The notes: generated by a model from the sequence alone, not told the origin. 64,000 bases of DNA from Mobula hypostoma (GCF_963921235.1 NC_086097.1:98210001-98274000); one strand, 5' to 3'; shown: positions 13,301-26,763, counted from the stretch's first letter. Made by a program: numbers and translations.

Positions 13301-13610
13301 CTACCCTCACTGGTGTGTGGCATAGGCAGCAATCTGAAGATTACTACCCTGGAGGTCATGTTTCTCAGCTTTCTACCTAGCTCTCTAAATTCTCTTTTCA
13401 GGGTCCCTTTGCTTTTTCTACTCATGTCATCAATATCAATATGTACCAAGACATCTGGCTCCTCTCTGAAAATGTGGACATGACCCAAGACATCCCTGAC
13501 CCTGGCACCTGGGAGGCAACTTACCATTTGGGTGTCCTGTTCACATCCACAGATTCTCTTGTTCCCCTATTGAGTCCTTTATAACCACAGGTCCCCTCTT
13601 TCCCTTCTGC
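10311..13610 (-). mobile_element. Degraded CR1 LINE (ORF1 esterase, endonuclease, RT, 3' UTR)
   Basis: ORFs 13111..13527 (CLPGARVRDV), 12609..12980 (LNAQSI, ITESWL, GGGVAL), 11168..11959, 10660..11118. Confidence 0.9.
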
Positions 13611-13629
13611 ATCACAGACCTATGCTCAA

Positions 13630-14725
13630 GATGGTGCACATGAGGCTGCTTAACAAGGTAAGACCCCATGGTATGACAGGAAAGATACTAGCACAGGTAG
13701 GGTGACTGGCAGAAGGTAAAGAGCAGACATAAAGGGACCCTTTTCTGCTCGGCTACCGGTAACTAGTGGTGTTCAGCAGGGGTTGATGTTGGGATTGCTT
13801 CTTTTCACAGTACATGTCAATGATTTGGATGTTGGAATTGATGGCTTTGTGGCCAAATTTGCAGAGGGCACAAAGATTGGTGGAGGGTTAGGTAGTGTTG
13901 AGGAAGCAGGGAGCCTGCAAAAGGACTTAGATGGGTTGGGAGAATGAGCAAAGCAGTCAAAGATAGAATATAGTGTTGGGAAGTGTATGGCTATGCACTT
14001 TGTTAGAAGGAATAAAGCTATAGACTATTTTCTAAACAGGAAGAAAATTCAAAAATCAGAGGTGCAAAGGGACTTGAGAGTCCTCGTGCAGGATTCCCTA
14101 AAGGTTGACTTGCAGGTTGAGCTGGTGACAATGGGGGCAAATGCAATATAAACACTCAAATTTTGAGAGGACTAGAATACAAAAACAAGGGTGTAATTCT
14201 GTGGCTTTATCAGGCATTGGTCAGACCGCACTTGGAGCATTGTGAGCAGTTTTGGGGTCCCTTAACTAAGATGTGCTGACATTGGAGGGTCCAGAGGAGG
14301 TTCATGAGAATGATTCTGGAAATGAGCATTTGATGGGTTTGGGTCTATGCTCACTGGAGTTTAGAATAATAGGCAGGGTGGGGAAAAGAGAATTCAATTG
14401 AAATCTATCAAATATTGAAGGGCCTAGACAGAGAAGATGCCTATAGTGGGGCTCTGGGACCAGAGGATACAGCCCCACAATACAAGGTAAGTCCATTTAG
14501 AAGAGTTGAGGAGGAGGTTCTTTAGCCAGTGGGTGGTGAATCTGCAGAACAGAAGAATGTGGAGGCCAAGTATATTTAAAGCGGAGATTGGCAAGTCCTT
14601 GATCAGTCAGGGAGTGGAAGGTTAGTGAGAGGTGCAGAAGAGTGGGGTTGAGAGGGAAAATAAATCAGTCATGATGGATGGCAGAGTAACTCAAAAGGCC
14701 TAATTCTGCTCCTATGCCTTATGGT
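13630..14725 (+). mobile_element. Degraded CR1 RT/3' fragment
   Basis: Reverse-complement similarity to the CR1 copies at 7740-8956 and 10311-11500. Confidence 0.85.
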
Positions 14726-15764
14726 TGGCACTTCACTCTTTTAGTCGTTTCTGTTCATACTAAGTTCTAAACCATTTCAGTATCTCCCCAAGCTCCAGCT
14801 CTTCCCAGTGTTCTGTTCCAAGAGAAAATTTTGTCTCATCTCCTAGTCCCTTCTCTCCACCCATAAAAATTATCACTTCAACGAAGCCTTCCGTTATATT
14901 TTTAATCCCTGCATGACTCAGCACTGACCTATAACATCTTGGATTATTTTTAGTAATGTTCTCCACAAGCCAAGGCTGCAACAAAATATACACACTTATA
15001 GAAAAAATTATGATAGTCTTTTTAAAATGATGGCAAGACCCTCCTGGGCATCAAAATACTGCAGCCCCATCCCATCAGCGAGTTGCTCATTGGTGGAGAA
15101 ACTGAAGGAACTGGACTGGATACTGACCATGATGCTGCCTGTGACAGAGGAATGAGTACACGAAGCAGGTGGTTGTCGTTTTCAATTTCCTGTTGGACAT
15201 CAGTGGTGTGGAATGTTTTATTGGCGAACAGCAGTGTTGGCCAATTGTAGTTGCCTAGGGAGGAGGTGTTGGAGTCAGGCGCTCCACCAGTGTTCCTGAG
15301 GAAGTGTGGTGTAGCGCACCATCCATACTGGAGTCAGTGCTGCCCTCTAGTGTTTGCTTGGCAGAAGACAAACTATTGTGTTCAACTGCAGACTGCTGTA
15401 ACATTCACGGACTAAGGGACTTAGACTATTTTTTTTGCGTGACTATATTTTACTGCTGTCTTATATATGTTATACGTGCTTTGTATAATTGTTGGCATTG
15501 TGTGTTACATCTTGGTTCCAGAGTAATGATGTATTCATGTATGGTTGAATGAGAATTAAACTTGAACTTGATCATGTGACCTCAGCAATGATGGTCTCCT
15601 AAACATAATCAACAAGTTACCAAAGTTCAAGGTCCCCTGATCTTCAGATGAGCTCAGCTCAAGTTTCTGTTACTCAGTATCACAAAGCAGGCTCTTAATA
15701 GTAAGAAAATAATCCAGTGTTATTTGAGATGAATGATAATCAATGCCAAAATCAATAAGGTAGA

Positions 15765-17604
15765 AGTGAGGGAACAATTAAATGTTTTATTTATGAAATG
15801 TACAGAGAGTCTTCTCAGAGGGAAGAAAGTGAAGGCACAATTGAGGAAAGGACAATGTGAATCTATCCAGTATTTGACAGCAAGTCACACCCACTCAACA
15901 GTTTTCACAATATGCTCAGTTCAGCCAGAACAGAAATTCCCTATCAATCTTTGCAAAGAGGACTTGCGTAATCATCACCTTCCTACGTGCCTCTGAGGGA
16001 ACACAGAACATGGTGCAAGTGAAGGTACCCGGCCAGTCATTCTGTACACAGCCTTTATTGACAAGAGCTTCACATGATACATCAGTCCCTGTAGTGGAGC
16101 ATACAAGGCCAGACTCAAAAATACCCAAATAAAAGAAATTCAAATGGGATGAAATATTTAGGCTCAAAGAACAAGTGTGAACCCCAGAAGCAGGGCAGAC
16201 CTGAGGATCGGATCAAGTGATTGAACCCTGGTCTGAAGATCTGATCCCAAGTTAAATACTGGAGTTTGTCCCTTGGTTCTGTAGCAGGGCTTGGAACCTA
16301 TAGCGTACTGCTTGGCAAAATTAGGGTCGAGTTGTCTGAAGTAAAATAAACCAGATCTGTGTGACTGGTTTAAGTTCCAGAATGCCGGGCAGTCCCAGCC
16401 CTGCCTCCCAGTTACTGTTCCAGTGATGGAATCCACACTACATTGAACAATGTGTGAAGGTTGCTGCAAGGCGCTGAGTTATCAGGATGAATGCAGTCAG
16501 GCATGCACAACAAGAGTTAAATATAAACAGAGTGCAATGTAGCAACTGGTTAATTAATGACGTTACTTGTACCAGCTTGGAGGCTAGAGGTGCAGAGGGA
16601 CTCCTACCACAGCCTCACTATAATCCTATACTGCACATCAAAGTACTGGTTTCACAGAGTCAACTTTAGTGTTCACTGAGAAACCCAGTTATTGAGGAAA
16701 GGGCAAGCTCTTCATAGGCAATACTAAAACGACAAAACTGATGTAGAGGAATGTCGAAGCTGAGCAGGCTGCAGCAGCTTTCAACACAGGCAGGGATTTC
16801 ACCAGCACCCAGCAAACGTGGGAAAGTGGGGAAGGGTTCCAGGTGTGCGGGTGTTTGTGGGGGTGGTGAGTGGGAGGGAGGGCGGAAGGGTGGAAACAAC
16901 ACATAGAGGAGCCCTAAACTGATAAGGTTGCATGGAGAAATAAAGGCCTCATCTGAAAGGATCAATAGTGTCGCATTTCCCATCACCTGGACAAGCCCTG
17001 ACCTTGTGCTAGGGAATGGACACTGTTAGAGAAAAATGGACTAGTCACATAGCGAGAATGGACAGAGCAAGATAGCCGACACTAAAAGGCCTATAAATGT
17101 GAATATCTTAAAAACAATTTATACAATAATGGACTAATAAATACCCCATAATCAATAACCCCGATCAGAAAAACCAGCAAATACAATTTAAAAGCACCTA
17201 ATTGCCACCCACTTAGTCGTACAGAGCTCAATCAGAGAACAGTCTATTCCAGGGAGCACTGGAACAGTTCAAGTCCACGAGAGTCATGGACCCCCTCAAG
17301 GCTGGTCATCTCCCGAAGGTACAGCACTGTCCCACCAGCAAGACTCGGTTTGTTTGTCCTGCACCTCACTGCTCAGTGATAGCCAGGTGAAATGTGCCAC
17401 ACTGAGGGGTAACTGGTGGGACCCAGGAATTGCCACACTGAGTAACAATTCCCACCACTGCCCAGGATTGGGGAAACCAATTAAATGAATGGCAGTCTCC
17501 TGTGTGATTGACAAACTTCTCTACATGATCAGGTAACATGGTGAGGTCAGAGGCTGACAGAGCCTGACTGGAGAGTTCGGCTGCTGAGTCACAGCGAAGA
17601 GGAT
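15765..17604 (-). other. CHP1: Probable CHP1 3' UTR (~1.8 kb)
   Basis: Repeat-poor sequence after the stop; minus-strand AATAAA at 16054-16059 and at 15786-15791, the latter followed by U-rich sequence. The end point is inferred. Confidence 0.55.
15786..15791 (-). terminator. Candidate CHP1 polyadenylation signal AATAAA
   Basis: tttatt on plus strand; U-rich downstream element on minus strand; an alternative signal lies at 16054-16059. Confidence 0.5.
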
Positions 17605-17658
17605 TCAGTGAAGGAAACGAATGCTCATCTTCTGCTCAACATCAACCTTCTCCAGCAC
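17605..17658 (-). CDS. CHP1: CHP1 exon 7, last coding exon ([17 protein letters not shown])
   Basis: 54 nt ending in TGA; the seven exons sum to 588 nt = 195 aa + stop. Confidence 0.97.
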   Translation of the reverse strand: MLEKVDVEQKMSIRFLH

Positions 17659-17845
17659 CTGCAAGGGAGAAAAGGAACAGTGAACTGAAGGAGAGACAAA
17701 CAGCAAGGAACAGGTTGAGAAAAACAAGTGGGGCACAGATACAATAGAGAGGGAAGAGTACTGCTGGAAACAGGCCTGTCTGCAGAACACTGGAGAACAG
17801 GTTACTGAATTTACTACAGCACAGTGCTTCTCCTTCTCCTGTTAC

Positions 17846-17968
17846 CTTCTGAAACTCCGTGAAGGAGATCGAACTATCGCCGTCCTGATCTGCCTCTTGA
17901 ATTGTCCGGTCTGCAATGCTCCCCAGCTGCTCGTCAGATATGTTAACTCCCACCATCATGCGAAGGAC
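17846..17968 (-). CDS. CHP1: CHP1 exon 6 ([43 protein letters not shown]-hand 4)
   Basis: 123 nt, AG/GT boundaries, EF-hand loop [12 protein letters not shown]. Confidence 0.97.
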
Positions 17969-18639
17969 CTGAATGGAAGAGAGTAAGACAATGATTAATG
18001 TGTCAATAAAGGAGAGGATGAACTGTTTGAACTCCTGAAATGACCAGCTCCTTCTAAAACCAGATACTCTCATTACCATCAAACACACCCAGAGACCCAC
18101 ACACCGGCCTGCATTGCTGATAAAATTTTAACCTTTACTTTTCTTTTAAACTACTTAAGGTGAGACACAACAGGATTGGATGCTTGTGGGCACTGCAAAG
18201 TTCTAGAGGAAACCAAGAGCTTGAACTGTAATGCTTGTATGATAGCTACACTGTAGCCTCTGAGGAAATCTCTGGACCACTTTGGCAAGATAGGCTTATA
18301 TTTTTGCATTTGGTCTTTCAGAATGTCCCAGAGCACTTTACAATTAAGGAAGGAAAGTTGAAGTTAACTTCAGTAATATGGGAGATGCAGAAGGCAATTT
18401 GCATACAACCACCAACAAGGTTATTTTTAAGAAGTCTAGATGAGAGATATTCACTGGAACATCAGGGATAATTGTATCTACATGAGAGTTTAGTATCACT
18501 GTAGCTGTCAGGCCAGATATACATGTTCATGCCTCGAAAATGTTTCTTAATTTGGCAATTTCTGAAACAGTAAGGTGTGTGAAGCAAATGTTAAAAGTTT
18601 TGAGGTGCTCTGGAACTCCTGAGGGTCCAGTGAGAATCA

Positions 18640-19113
18640 CAAGAGCACAATATTGTATTTGTCAACGTGGAGCAGACAGCAAGTCTGTGAACCTGGTAGG
18701 AGGTTGGGAATGGCAAGGGTGGAGCGCTATGGGGGAGGGGGTGAGGAACAGGTGGCAGGGGACCGTCAGGGCGTGGGTGGCACGGGTGCAGACACACCCA
18801 ACCCCGAGACATCGGGCAAGAACATTTGATTCTAAACAGATGGTTTATTGATCATAACAAAATGTCTCTCTGGTGCTTCCTGATCCCTCCCTTCTCCTTT
18901 TCAAAACCACAATTCCCCCCTCTCTGCCCCCTTCCCACTCTCAGTCCACAATGGAGACACAAATCAGAATCAGGTTTATCATCACTCACATATAGCATGA
19001 AATTTGTTTTTGTGGCAGCAGTACAGTGCAGTATATAAAATTACTGCAGGACTGTGCAGAACTCTTAAGCATCCTAGCTATATATGTGCCTAAGACTCTG
19101 GCAGAGTACTGTA
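18640..19113. repeat. Composite non-autonomous repeat ending in a Tc1-like TIR; related copy in opposite orientation at ~33270-33666
   Basis: Shared blocks (CCTTCCCACTCTCAGTCCACAAT, ATCAGAATCAGGTTTAT, GGTTTATTGATCAT); terminal GTGCCTAAGAC...AGTACTGTA. Confidence 0.6.
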
Positions 19114-19151
19114 ACAAATCTCGAAGGATACCTTCAGACGCCATTCATTAC

Positions 19152-19213
19152 CTGCAGGAGCTCTTCTCGAGAGATTTTATCATCCTTGTCAAGATCGTAC
19201 AACCTGAAAGCAA
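19152..19213 (-). CDS. CHP1: CHP1 exon 5 (FAFRLYDLDKDDKISREELLQ; EF-hand 3)
   Basis: 62 nt, AG/GT boundaries, EF-hand loop DLDKDDKISREE. Confidence 0.97.
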
Positions 19214-19904
19214 CTGAAATGGAAGAGAGAGGTGTTTCTATTTGTCACAATGTCTGGGTAACCGAGGGAAACAGGATTGCACAATGTGATTGGAGTCTCA
19301 TAGGGACCCGGCACTGAACTGACCCTCTGCATTCAATCACATTTTTCTCCGCCAGTCTTCTCAAATCTCCCTTACTTTGCCCTAGAGAGCAGCTTTCTCC
19401 TTTGCTTTATTTCCATCTTACAAAGTCCTTTCTGTTAAACAGTTCTCAGTATTGCACTGTCCTGAGGCTGAAGACAATCACCACCCACCAGCCAGTGTCT
19501 GTTTCAAGGATAGCCATTACGGTCACGAGAACTCAGAGCCTACACCCTCTTCTCCCCCTCCCCCCCAGGATAAATCCAAGTTGTAATAAAAAATAACAAA
19601 TACAGCCACTTGATCTAATGCCCATAACTGCCTTGTACACCGTGGGCTTCATATTGCTCTCGCTACCACTCTTCCCCTCCAATACACACACACAGTTACA
19701 AGCCTGCAGTTTACAGGAATGTGCCGCTGATACTGGTAGTATGTATGAGAAAACAATGTTCAAGTGAATGTTGTGGCTTGTGCAACATTCCCCAGGTTTG
19801 CATACTTGAACAATGACCAGCAGCTTTTACAGACTGTTTCGCAATTTTCTTCACTCGCAATAGCACACAGATGTCTTGCTTCATGTCTGTCTGCCCAGCA
19901 CCAT

Positions 19905-20175
19905 TTATTTTATTGAGATACAGCATGGAACAGACTCTTCTGGCCTGCTGAGCCACACTGCCCAGCAATCCCTGACTCTTACCCTAGCCTAGTTATGGGA
20001 CCAGTTAACTAAGTGATACGTCTTTAAAATGTGAACTAGAACACAGCACCCAGAGAAAGCCCACGCATTCCACACACAGGATGTACAGACTCCTTACAGC
20101 TGACGCTGGAATTGAATTCCAACGCCCTAAGCTGTAATAGCATCGTGTTAACCACTACATTACCATGGCGTAATT
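19905..20175 (-). mobile_element. tRNA-derived V-SINE-like element
   Basis: Reverse complement resembles 27620-27910 (GGTAATGTAGTGGTTAACACGATGCTATTACAGCT...TGTAAGGAGTCTGTAC). Confidence 0.6.
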
Positions 20176-20364
20176 GTTAACCTCCAAGGGCTCGATTATA
20201 TCAGCCTGGAGTTTTTGGGACAACCTGACCTAACTCAAACTCAATCTGTAGCCATGTGCTGCCACACATGGGTTGTTACAACAACACTAACCCACCAGCT
20301 GACTTCTCTGCCAATTAGATACCACCATGTCTCTCCCCATCAGAGAGATGACTAAATTACTTAC

Positions 20365-20492
20365 AAAGGAGCTTGTTGTTCCTACTGTTGAGGGGCTCGG
20401 GAACACGAGGGTCTTTGTTTTTGTCGCTGTCCTCGATGGGCCGGAAATGAGCAAGGGTCCGCATAAAGCCTCGGAAATTCACTTGGTCTTCA
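20365..20492 (-). CDS. CHP1: CHP1 exon 4 ([42 protein letters not shown])
   Basis: 128 nt, AG/GT boundaries, contained in ORF 20357..20701. Confidence 0.97.
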
Positions 20493-21346
20493 CTGAACAA
20501 ATTTAGAAAGCAAAAAAGTGTCAGGGCAGGAAGGTGTACAGCCTCACGAACTGAACAGCATGACCACTGAAAGCAGCAAAGGATTGGAGTCACAATGACT
20601 CTGAATACCAGGGTTACAAAAGTTAGAATGAAGCCTGCCATACATACGAATCCTACACAGGCAGAGCTTAGACCTTGTAAACTGAGGTGGAAGTATGACA
20701 ATGACTAATGCATGTCAAATATGAATGAGTGAAAGGAACAGGTGCCAGGAGAATGGATTGGCATTTTTTGGACAATAGACACTTTTGGGCCATGGGTAGA
20801 AAATATCAGACATATCTGCTCAGTCTGTCCCTGCATTAATGCTCCATAGACATTTTCTTTCATCTGCGAATGCCTGACTTTAGTACAGTCTGTACGTGTA
20901 AGTATTTGGGAGACCGGCAGGATGGATTTGCCAGCTGCTGTTCCTAACATGAGCTGGACTTCTGTTACTGAGCCCAAGATGAACACATGTTGATGTCCAT
21001 TCCACTTTTCCTGGCACTAAATCCTAGATTTACCAGGATGTTGCCTGGACTTCGGAGCCAAAGTTACAAGGAGAGATTGCGTACAATAGGATTTTTTTCC
21101 CCTGGAATATGGGAGATTGAGGGGTGACCTGATAAGTGGAATGTCTATGATTATGAGGGGCATCAACAGAGTGAAAGTAGTCTTTTTCGCAGGGAGGAGG
21201 TGCTAAAAACAAGACGGCATAAATTTAAGTTCAGAGGTGAGAAAGGGATATCAGTGGTGGCTTGTTCAAGCAAAGGATGGTGTGTATTTGAAATGAGCTG
21301 CCAGAAAAAGTGGTTGAGGTGGGCACGTTGACAACACTGAAAAGTA

Positions 21347-22149
21347 CAAGTGCACATTCCTTTATCCGAAATTCTGAAATCCAAAAAGCTCTGAAAACCG
21401 GTTTCTTTCTCCAACAGCTGATGTCACTCAGGTGTGATGTGGCAGCACTAGCAGAGGCCGCCAGACGTCAGTTGTGGCTCAGCGCTCGTACTGGTTACAC
21501 GTGCATTTGCTGTTCACTGATATTTTGTGTTCACTGTTGACTTTGTGTTTAATTTCACTGTGAAAATGTCAAAAAGAGAAGGAAGCATCTATCATTATCA
21601 GTAACGCAGAAAGTGGAGTTATTGCAGAAGCTTGATCGTGGTGTGTCTGTGCGGCATCTTACTGAAGAAAATAGTGTCGAAACTACCACTGTATATGATT
21701 TAAATAAACAGAAAGACAAGTTACTGAAGTTTCATACTGACAGTGACGTTCTACATCTATTCCAACAAGTAATTTACCACGTGTTTGATTCGGTTCATTT
21801 GAAGCTGTATATTTTTATGTTTTATTGAATGTTTTTGTTGGAAATAAAATTTCTTCTTGTCATTATTCCCTAAACAATACAGTATAACAACTATTTACAT
21901 AGCATTTACATTGCATTAGGTATTACAAGTAATCTAGAGATGATTTAAAGTATACAGGAGGATGTGCGTAGGTTTGGTGCGCTGCTGGGTCCTAAACTCC
22001 ACTGCACTGAGACAGGTTAAATAAGGGACTTGAGCATACGTGTTTTTTGGTTTTTTGTTTTGGCGGGGGTGGGTGTCTGAAATCCGAAAAGTTCTGAATT
22101 CCAAAATGCAACTGGCCCCAAGGATTTCCGATAAGGGATTGTGGACTTG
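21347..22149 (+). mobile_element. Tigger/pogo-like non-autonomous DNA transposon with a CENP-B/psq HTH remnant
   Basis: ~27-bp TIRs CAAGTGCACATTCCTTTATCCGAAAT / ATTTCCGATAAGGGATTGTGGACTTG; TA TSD; ORF 21613..21828 ELLQKLDRGVSVRHLTEE...TTVYDL. Confidence 0.8.
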
Positions 22150-23099
22150 TATTAAACCCGATTCTGATTCACCCTCCTCACCTGGATCCACCCATCATGT
22201 GCCCCTCTTTCTCTCCAGTCCAGATGAAGGATCTTGACCAGAAATATCAACTCTCTATTTCCCTCCATAGATGCTGCCCGAACCAGTGAGTTCCTCCAGT
22301 ACTTTGTGTGTTGCTCCAGATTCCAGCATCTGCAATAGGTTATTGCTGGTCTCCAATAGCTTGCCCTACCTTTACAGTCAAGATAAATCACTTCATGCCT
22401 ACTAAGGATCTTTAGTGCAATCTGCCAGTGTATGCCTATTTGCAGCCTGTCACTACTGTTCACTGACTGCCAGTCAAATCTGGTGTCAACCTCAGATGTG
22501 CTGTTTACCCCCCATACTGTTCAATTCATTAACACATCAGAAACACTGCTCCCATCACTGACCCTTACCATCCTCTAGTATGAGCAACCATTTGCCATTA
22601 TTCTCTGCCATGAACACAATTCCATATCCATGCTGCAACTGAACCTTTAATGATACAGGCCTCAGTTTTGCCAAACACCTTCTGAAAATCCATGTATTTG
22701 ACAACCACTGCATTTCCCTTAACCCTGCTTACTTTCTCAACTGAAAATCTAACCAAAGGAAAAACCCCAGCCAACTCTAGATGTATTGTTTATATTACAC
22801 ACTAAAAAATTTACAAATACAACTGATCAGGAATTAATAGACAGAGAGCCCAAGGCTCCATCTGACAGTGACTCTTGGCATGGATATGTACCACTGCACA
22901 CAACTGATTATTCTGGCCAACAGATCTTTCACTTTCACTTGCAAACCATTCACAACACACTTACTGAGATTCTGAAGAGGTTTATGCCCGGGAAATGTTG
23001 CTCTATAATTAGTCATCTGTACTCAGGTCACAAGAAGTTGAAGGCTCTGTCCAGGTATGACAATAAACTCGATGTTCCTGTCAGTAACTTGATAACGTA

Positions 23100-23940
23100 C
23101 AAGTACACCTTGTCCAAAATGCTTGGGGCCAGAAGTGTTTTGGAGTTTGGATTTTTGAATACTTACATCTATATAATGAGATACCTTGGGGATAGGACCC
23201 AAGTCTAAACACAAAATCCATTTACATTACATGCACAGGTTAAACATATATCCTGATGGAAGCTTTATTTAATAATTCTAACAATTTTGTACACGAATCA
23301 ATAATGTATATATTGAACCATCAGAAAGGTAAGCTATCACTACCATGCTGGCTCAGGTGGACAGTCAGTGGCTGTTCGGCATCGCCATCAATCCCGACTA
23401 AATTTTTGTTACCGGTAAGCAGACTTTGTCTTATATTCGTTCATCACACAAATGCACTGATGCAGTCGTTCAGTGTGTTAGATTTTTGTCAGCCACGATC
23501 TGATCTCAGTAAACTCAGTGAATTTCTCTGCTGCCTCATGATCAGCAGACTCTTTATCACCACAAATCTTTAAAAAATACCATGCCTTTTCTTAAATTTC
23601 TGCAACCAGTCTGCTGAATATTCACAATTACCTTCAATTCTGATAGATCTTTACTTGTTTTACAATCAGTATGTCATGAATCAGCATGTGTTCACTCTGA
23701 CATCAATGAACAAACTTTCAATACATAAACAAGATCTTTTTTCACTTTATGCAATGTTTTTATATTCTTCATTAACTTTGGTTCACTACACATGTGAGCT
23801 CACTTCTCAGAACTGTCAGTGGTATGCAGAGACCTGCACATCGCCCGGCAACCTTCCCATCACCTTATGGAATTTACAGCACTCAAAAAAATTCAGACTG
23901 GTTTGGATTTTGGAATTTCAGATAAAGGGTTCTCATCCTG
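23100..23940 (-). mobile_element. Second Tigger4/MER46-like MITE, opposite orientation
   Basis: TA-flanked; ends CCTTGTCCAAAATGCTTGGGGCCAGAAGTG and GGAATTTCAGATAAAGGG...CCTG match the ends of 21347-22149. Confidence 0.6.
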
Positions 23941-23979
23941 TATTACCAAATGTATTCCGGCTGTGGAGATGGGTTACAG

Positions 23980-24769
23980 CAGCGGTCTCCAACCACTGGG
24001 CCGCAAAGCATGTGCTACAGGGCGGCGAGGGAATGATACAAGTCGGCTGCACCTTTCCTCATTCCCTGTCACGCACTGCTGAACTTGAACATAGGGTTTC
24101 CAGCTGTCCTGTATTTCCCCTGCTAAGGTAGAGCATTCCCCTGAAACCCTTCATGCCAAAATGGCGTAAAGTGAAGAAGCAATTACCATTAATTTATGTA
24201 GGAAAAATTTTTTGAGTGTTCTCAGACCCAAAAAAAAAACCTACCAAATCATACCAACTAACACTAACATAGTAAAAGCAGGAATGATATGATAATACAT
24301 TATTTCTACTTTATATAGGCTGTGTATGTACAGTGTAGTCGGGAAGATTAAGTTGAAACCAATTAGTGGGGGGAAAAATCGGCACGTATGCACACACGTG
24401 CCCATGCAAGGGCTTCATGGTCACGCAAACACGAGGAATTCTGCAGATGCTGGAAATTCAAGCAACACACGTCCTGACGAAGGGTCTCGGCCTGAAACGT
24501 CGACTGCACCTCTTCCTAGAGATGCTGCCTGGCCTGCTGCGTTCACCAGCAACTTTGATGTGCGTTTCATGGTCACGGTAGTCTTTTATGGGTAAACACA
24601 AGTGTCCCGTATTTGACTGCTACTTTTGTCCCTTATTTGGGAGTGAGGAAGTTGGCAACCCTAACTGTAAAAGACATGTTGAGGTGAGTTTAACTCTACT
24701 TAACCAGTCTGCAAGAATATTATCAATATTAAACTGGTCCATGGTGCAAAAAAGGATTGGGGACCCCTG
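23980..24769. mobile_element. hAT (Charlie-like) MITE containing a Blackjack-like hAT segment (24092-24663) and a Penelope insertion
   Basis: TIRs CAGCGGTCTCCAA / TTGGGGACCCCTG with imperfect 8-bp TSD GGTTACAG/GGTTAGAA; inner TAGGGTTTCCA / TGGCAACCCTA. Confidence 0.6.
24426..24565. mobile_element. Short Penelope-like insertion with internal inversion and hammerhead motif
   Basis: 12-bp TSD TTCATGGTCACG (24414-24425, 24566-24577); hammerhead core at 24471-24506 (+). Confidence 0.8.
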
Positions 24770-26682
24770 GGTTAGAAAGAAAGTGAACAGCTATCACAGC
24801 CTTAGGAGGTACTGGATAAGTACTATTTCTGTAACCAAGCAATAAACCTCTTCGAGGAAACAGATTTGAAAACACAAACCTCCACTCCTTGAAGAGGCTT
24901 ATTGCTTGGTTACAGTAATGTTGGGTTTGACAAATCTCCAATCAAACCAAACCAGTTTTCTCTAGAGTCTAACTTACAAAGCAGCGGTCTTGCCTTGCAC
25001 AACCAGCTTGCACTAGTGTTGTAGAAACTGAATGACTGGAAGCAACAGAGGAAGCAAGCAGAAACCCAAGGGTAATTATAACTGGACATCTTTTGCATAA
25101 CAGCTACTCAAGTGTGAATACCTGAATAATGAATGTAGTGCATGGCATTCCTGATATGCTCCAAGTATCAGCCCTGCAACTGCCTCAGTACTCCTGGGAT
25201 AGAAAAGGATATTAAGTAACAACCTCCAGTCCCATTCAGAATCCCTGACAGGATGCCCATGTTAACTCCAAGCCACAAAAGCAAAATGCTTGTATCTAAG
25301 CCAGGGTCAGTTTCCAGAGAAGTGGGAACAGCCATTCCAGTAAGCTCTTCCTACAACTCAAGGGTACAGGCTCACAGGCACCAATGCTTTCAGTGCCTAC
25401 TCACCACTCAAAAATCCAGTCTGGAGACAATTCCAACCTTTCACATGGAGGAGCACATTCCAATAACCAATAATGTCAAGTCACTTTCATTGCCTTTCAA
25501 TTCCCTCCGACAAGCCCCCACCCTAAAAACAGAAAAGGACACCCCCTGGAAGCTTAAAACAAAAAGATGGACAATGCAAGGTTAACATTTTATTCAAGAC
25601 AAACGTCCCATCAGTAAATCAAGAGGGGCAGCTGGATGGTATTGGAATGGGAGAACAGTATCAAAACCATGAACTGTGCAATGGGTGAACAGAAATACAA
25701 ATACTAATGCTGAGCATCATCTGATTCAACTGCAGGTCTCAGGGTTAGTCTTCCCAGTCACCCAACTGTAACACCACACCTGCAGTAAGGCAGTGGTTAC
25801 ACGAATGGATCGGTAACCCAAGTATTGGGGAAAAGAAACATCTCTGCAATTTGGGAATTTACATTCAACAATCTAAAAGACAAGATAGATAAAAATGGTG
25901 ACCATAAAACTGCTGACTGGTCTTAAATTATTATTTGGTGAATATTTGGAATGACCTGCCAGAAATAGTGGTTGATGCAGGCACGTCAGCAATATTTAAA
26001 AGCCAATAGGTAAGTACATGGACAGGAAAGAGCTATGGGCTAAACGCGGATAGATGTGACCAGCTTGGTAGGCAGTCCGTTCAGCAGTGATGAGTTGGCC
26101 AAAGGGCCTGTTTCCCCTGTTGTATGACTTTAACCCACTGGTTCATAAATTCCCATTGGGGGAAGGAATTCTTTATCCAGTAGGCTAGGCTCCCATTCTA
26201 CACCTGCGTACTGCCCACTGGTGACACAGTAGATCACTCAGCTATAGCAATGAAGTTCCTGAATCACAAAGGCCTTGTGTTAGTGCCAACTGAGGCAGGA
26301 AAGGAAGCTCATGATCCAAATGTGAATTTAAAATGAGGGGAACTTGAGAACAAATAAATGGTAAATTCAGGTTTAATGCCAATGAAGAAACAGAATCCCT
26401 AATGGGGTGAATGGGATTGGTGTGATGTAGCCCACAAACTCTGCAGGTGGGATGGTACAAATGTCCCCATCCCTGAATGGATTAGACAAACCACCTTCAA
26501 GTTTTGCCTTCAGGGAATGGAAGGAAACTTCATGGGAGATAGATATCCAATCCTTGTACTGCGGTAACCCGATACTTCAGGGATGGGCAATCACTAAGCT
26601 CAGCCTTGAATTGGAGGCTTGGCAGAGAAGTATAAGAGGACATTATCTGAGGAGGAAATACAAATAATCAGTAACTGCTTAC

Positions 26683-26763
26683 TTTTCTGGGAAGAAGGCA
26701 TTAATTATTCTGTCTCCTAAAGGATTAATGGCCAGCTCAGGTATCCGTTGGAAATCTTCACGA
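26683..26763 (-). CDS. CHP1: CHP1 exon 3 (REDFQRIPELAINPLGDRIINAFFPE)
   Basis: 81 nt, AG/GT boundaries, in phase. Confidence 0.97.

Noticed and set aside
14730..17604. OIP5-AS1/Cyrano lncRNA expected downstream of CHP1 by human synteny
   Set aside because: I did not see the conserved extended miR-7 site by eye; the scan was not exhaustive and the gene may lie outside the window
17642..18100. Long ORFs overlapping CHP1 exons (17642..18100, 17605..17790, 20357..20701)
   Set aside because: Exons read through into intron sequence; true boundaries are set by the GT-AG sites
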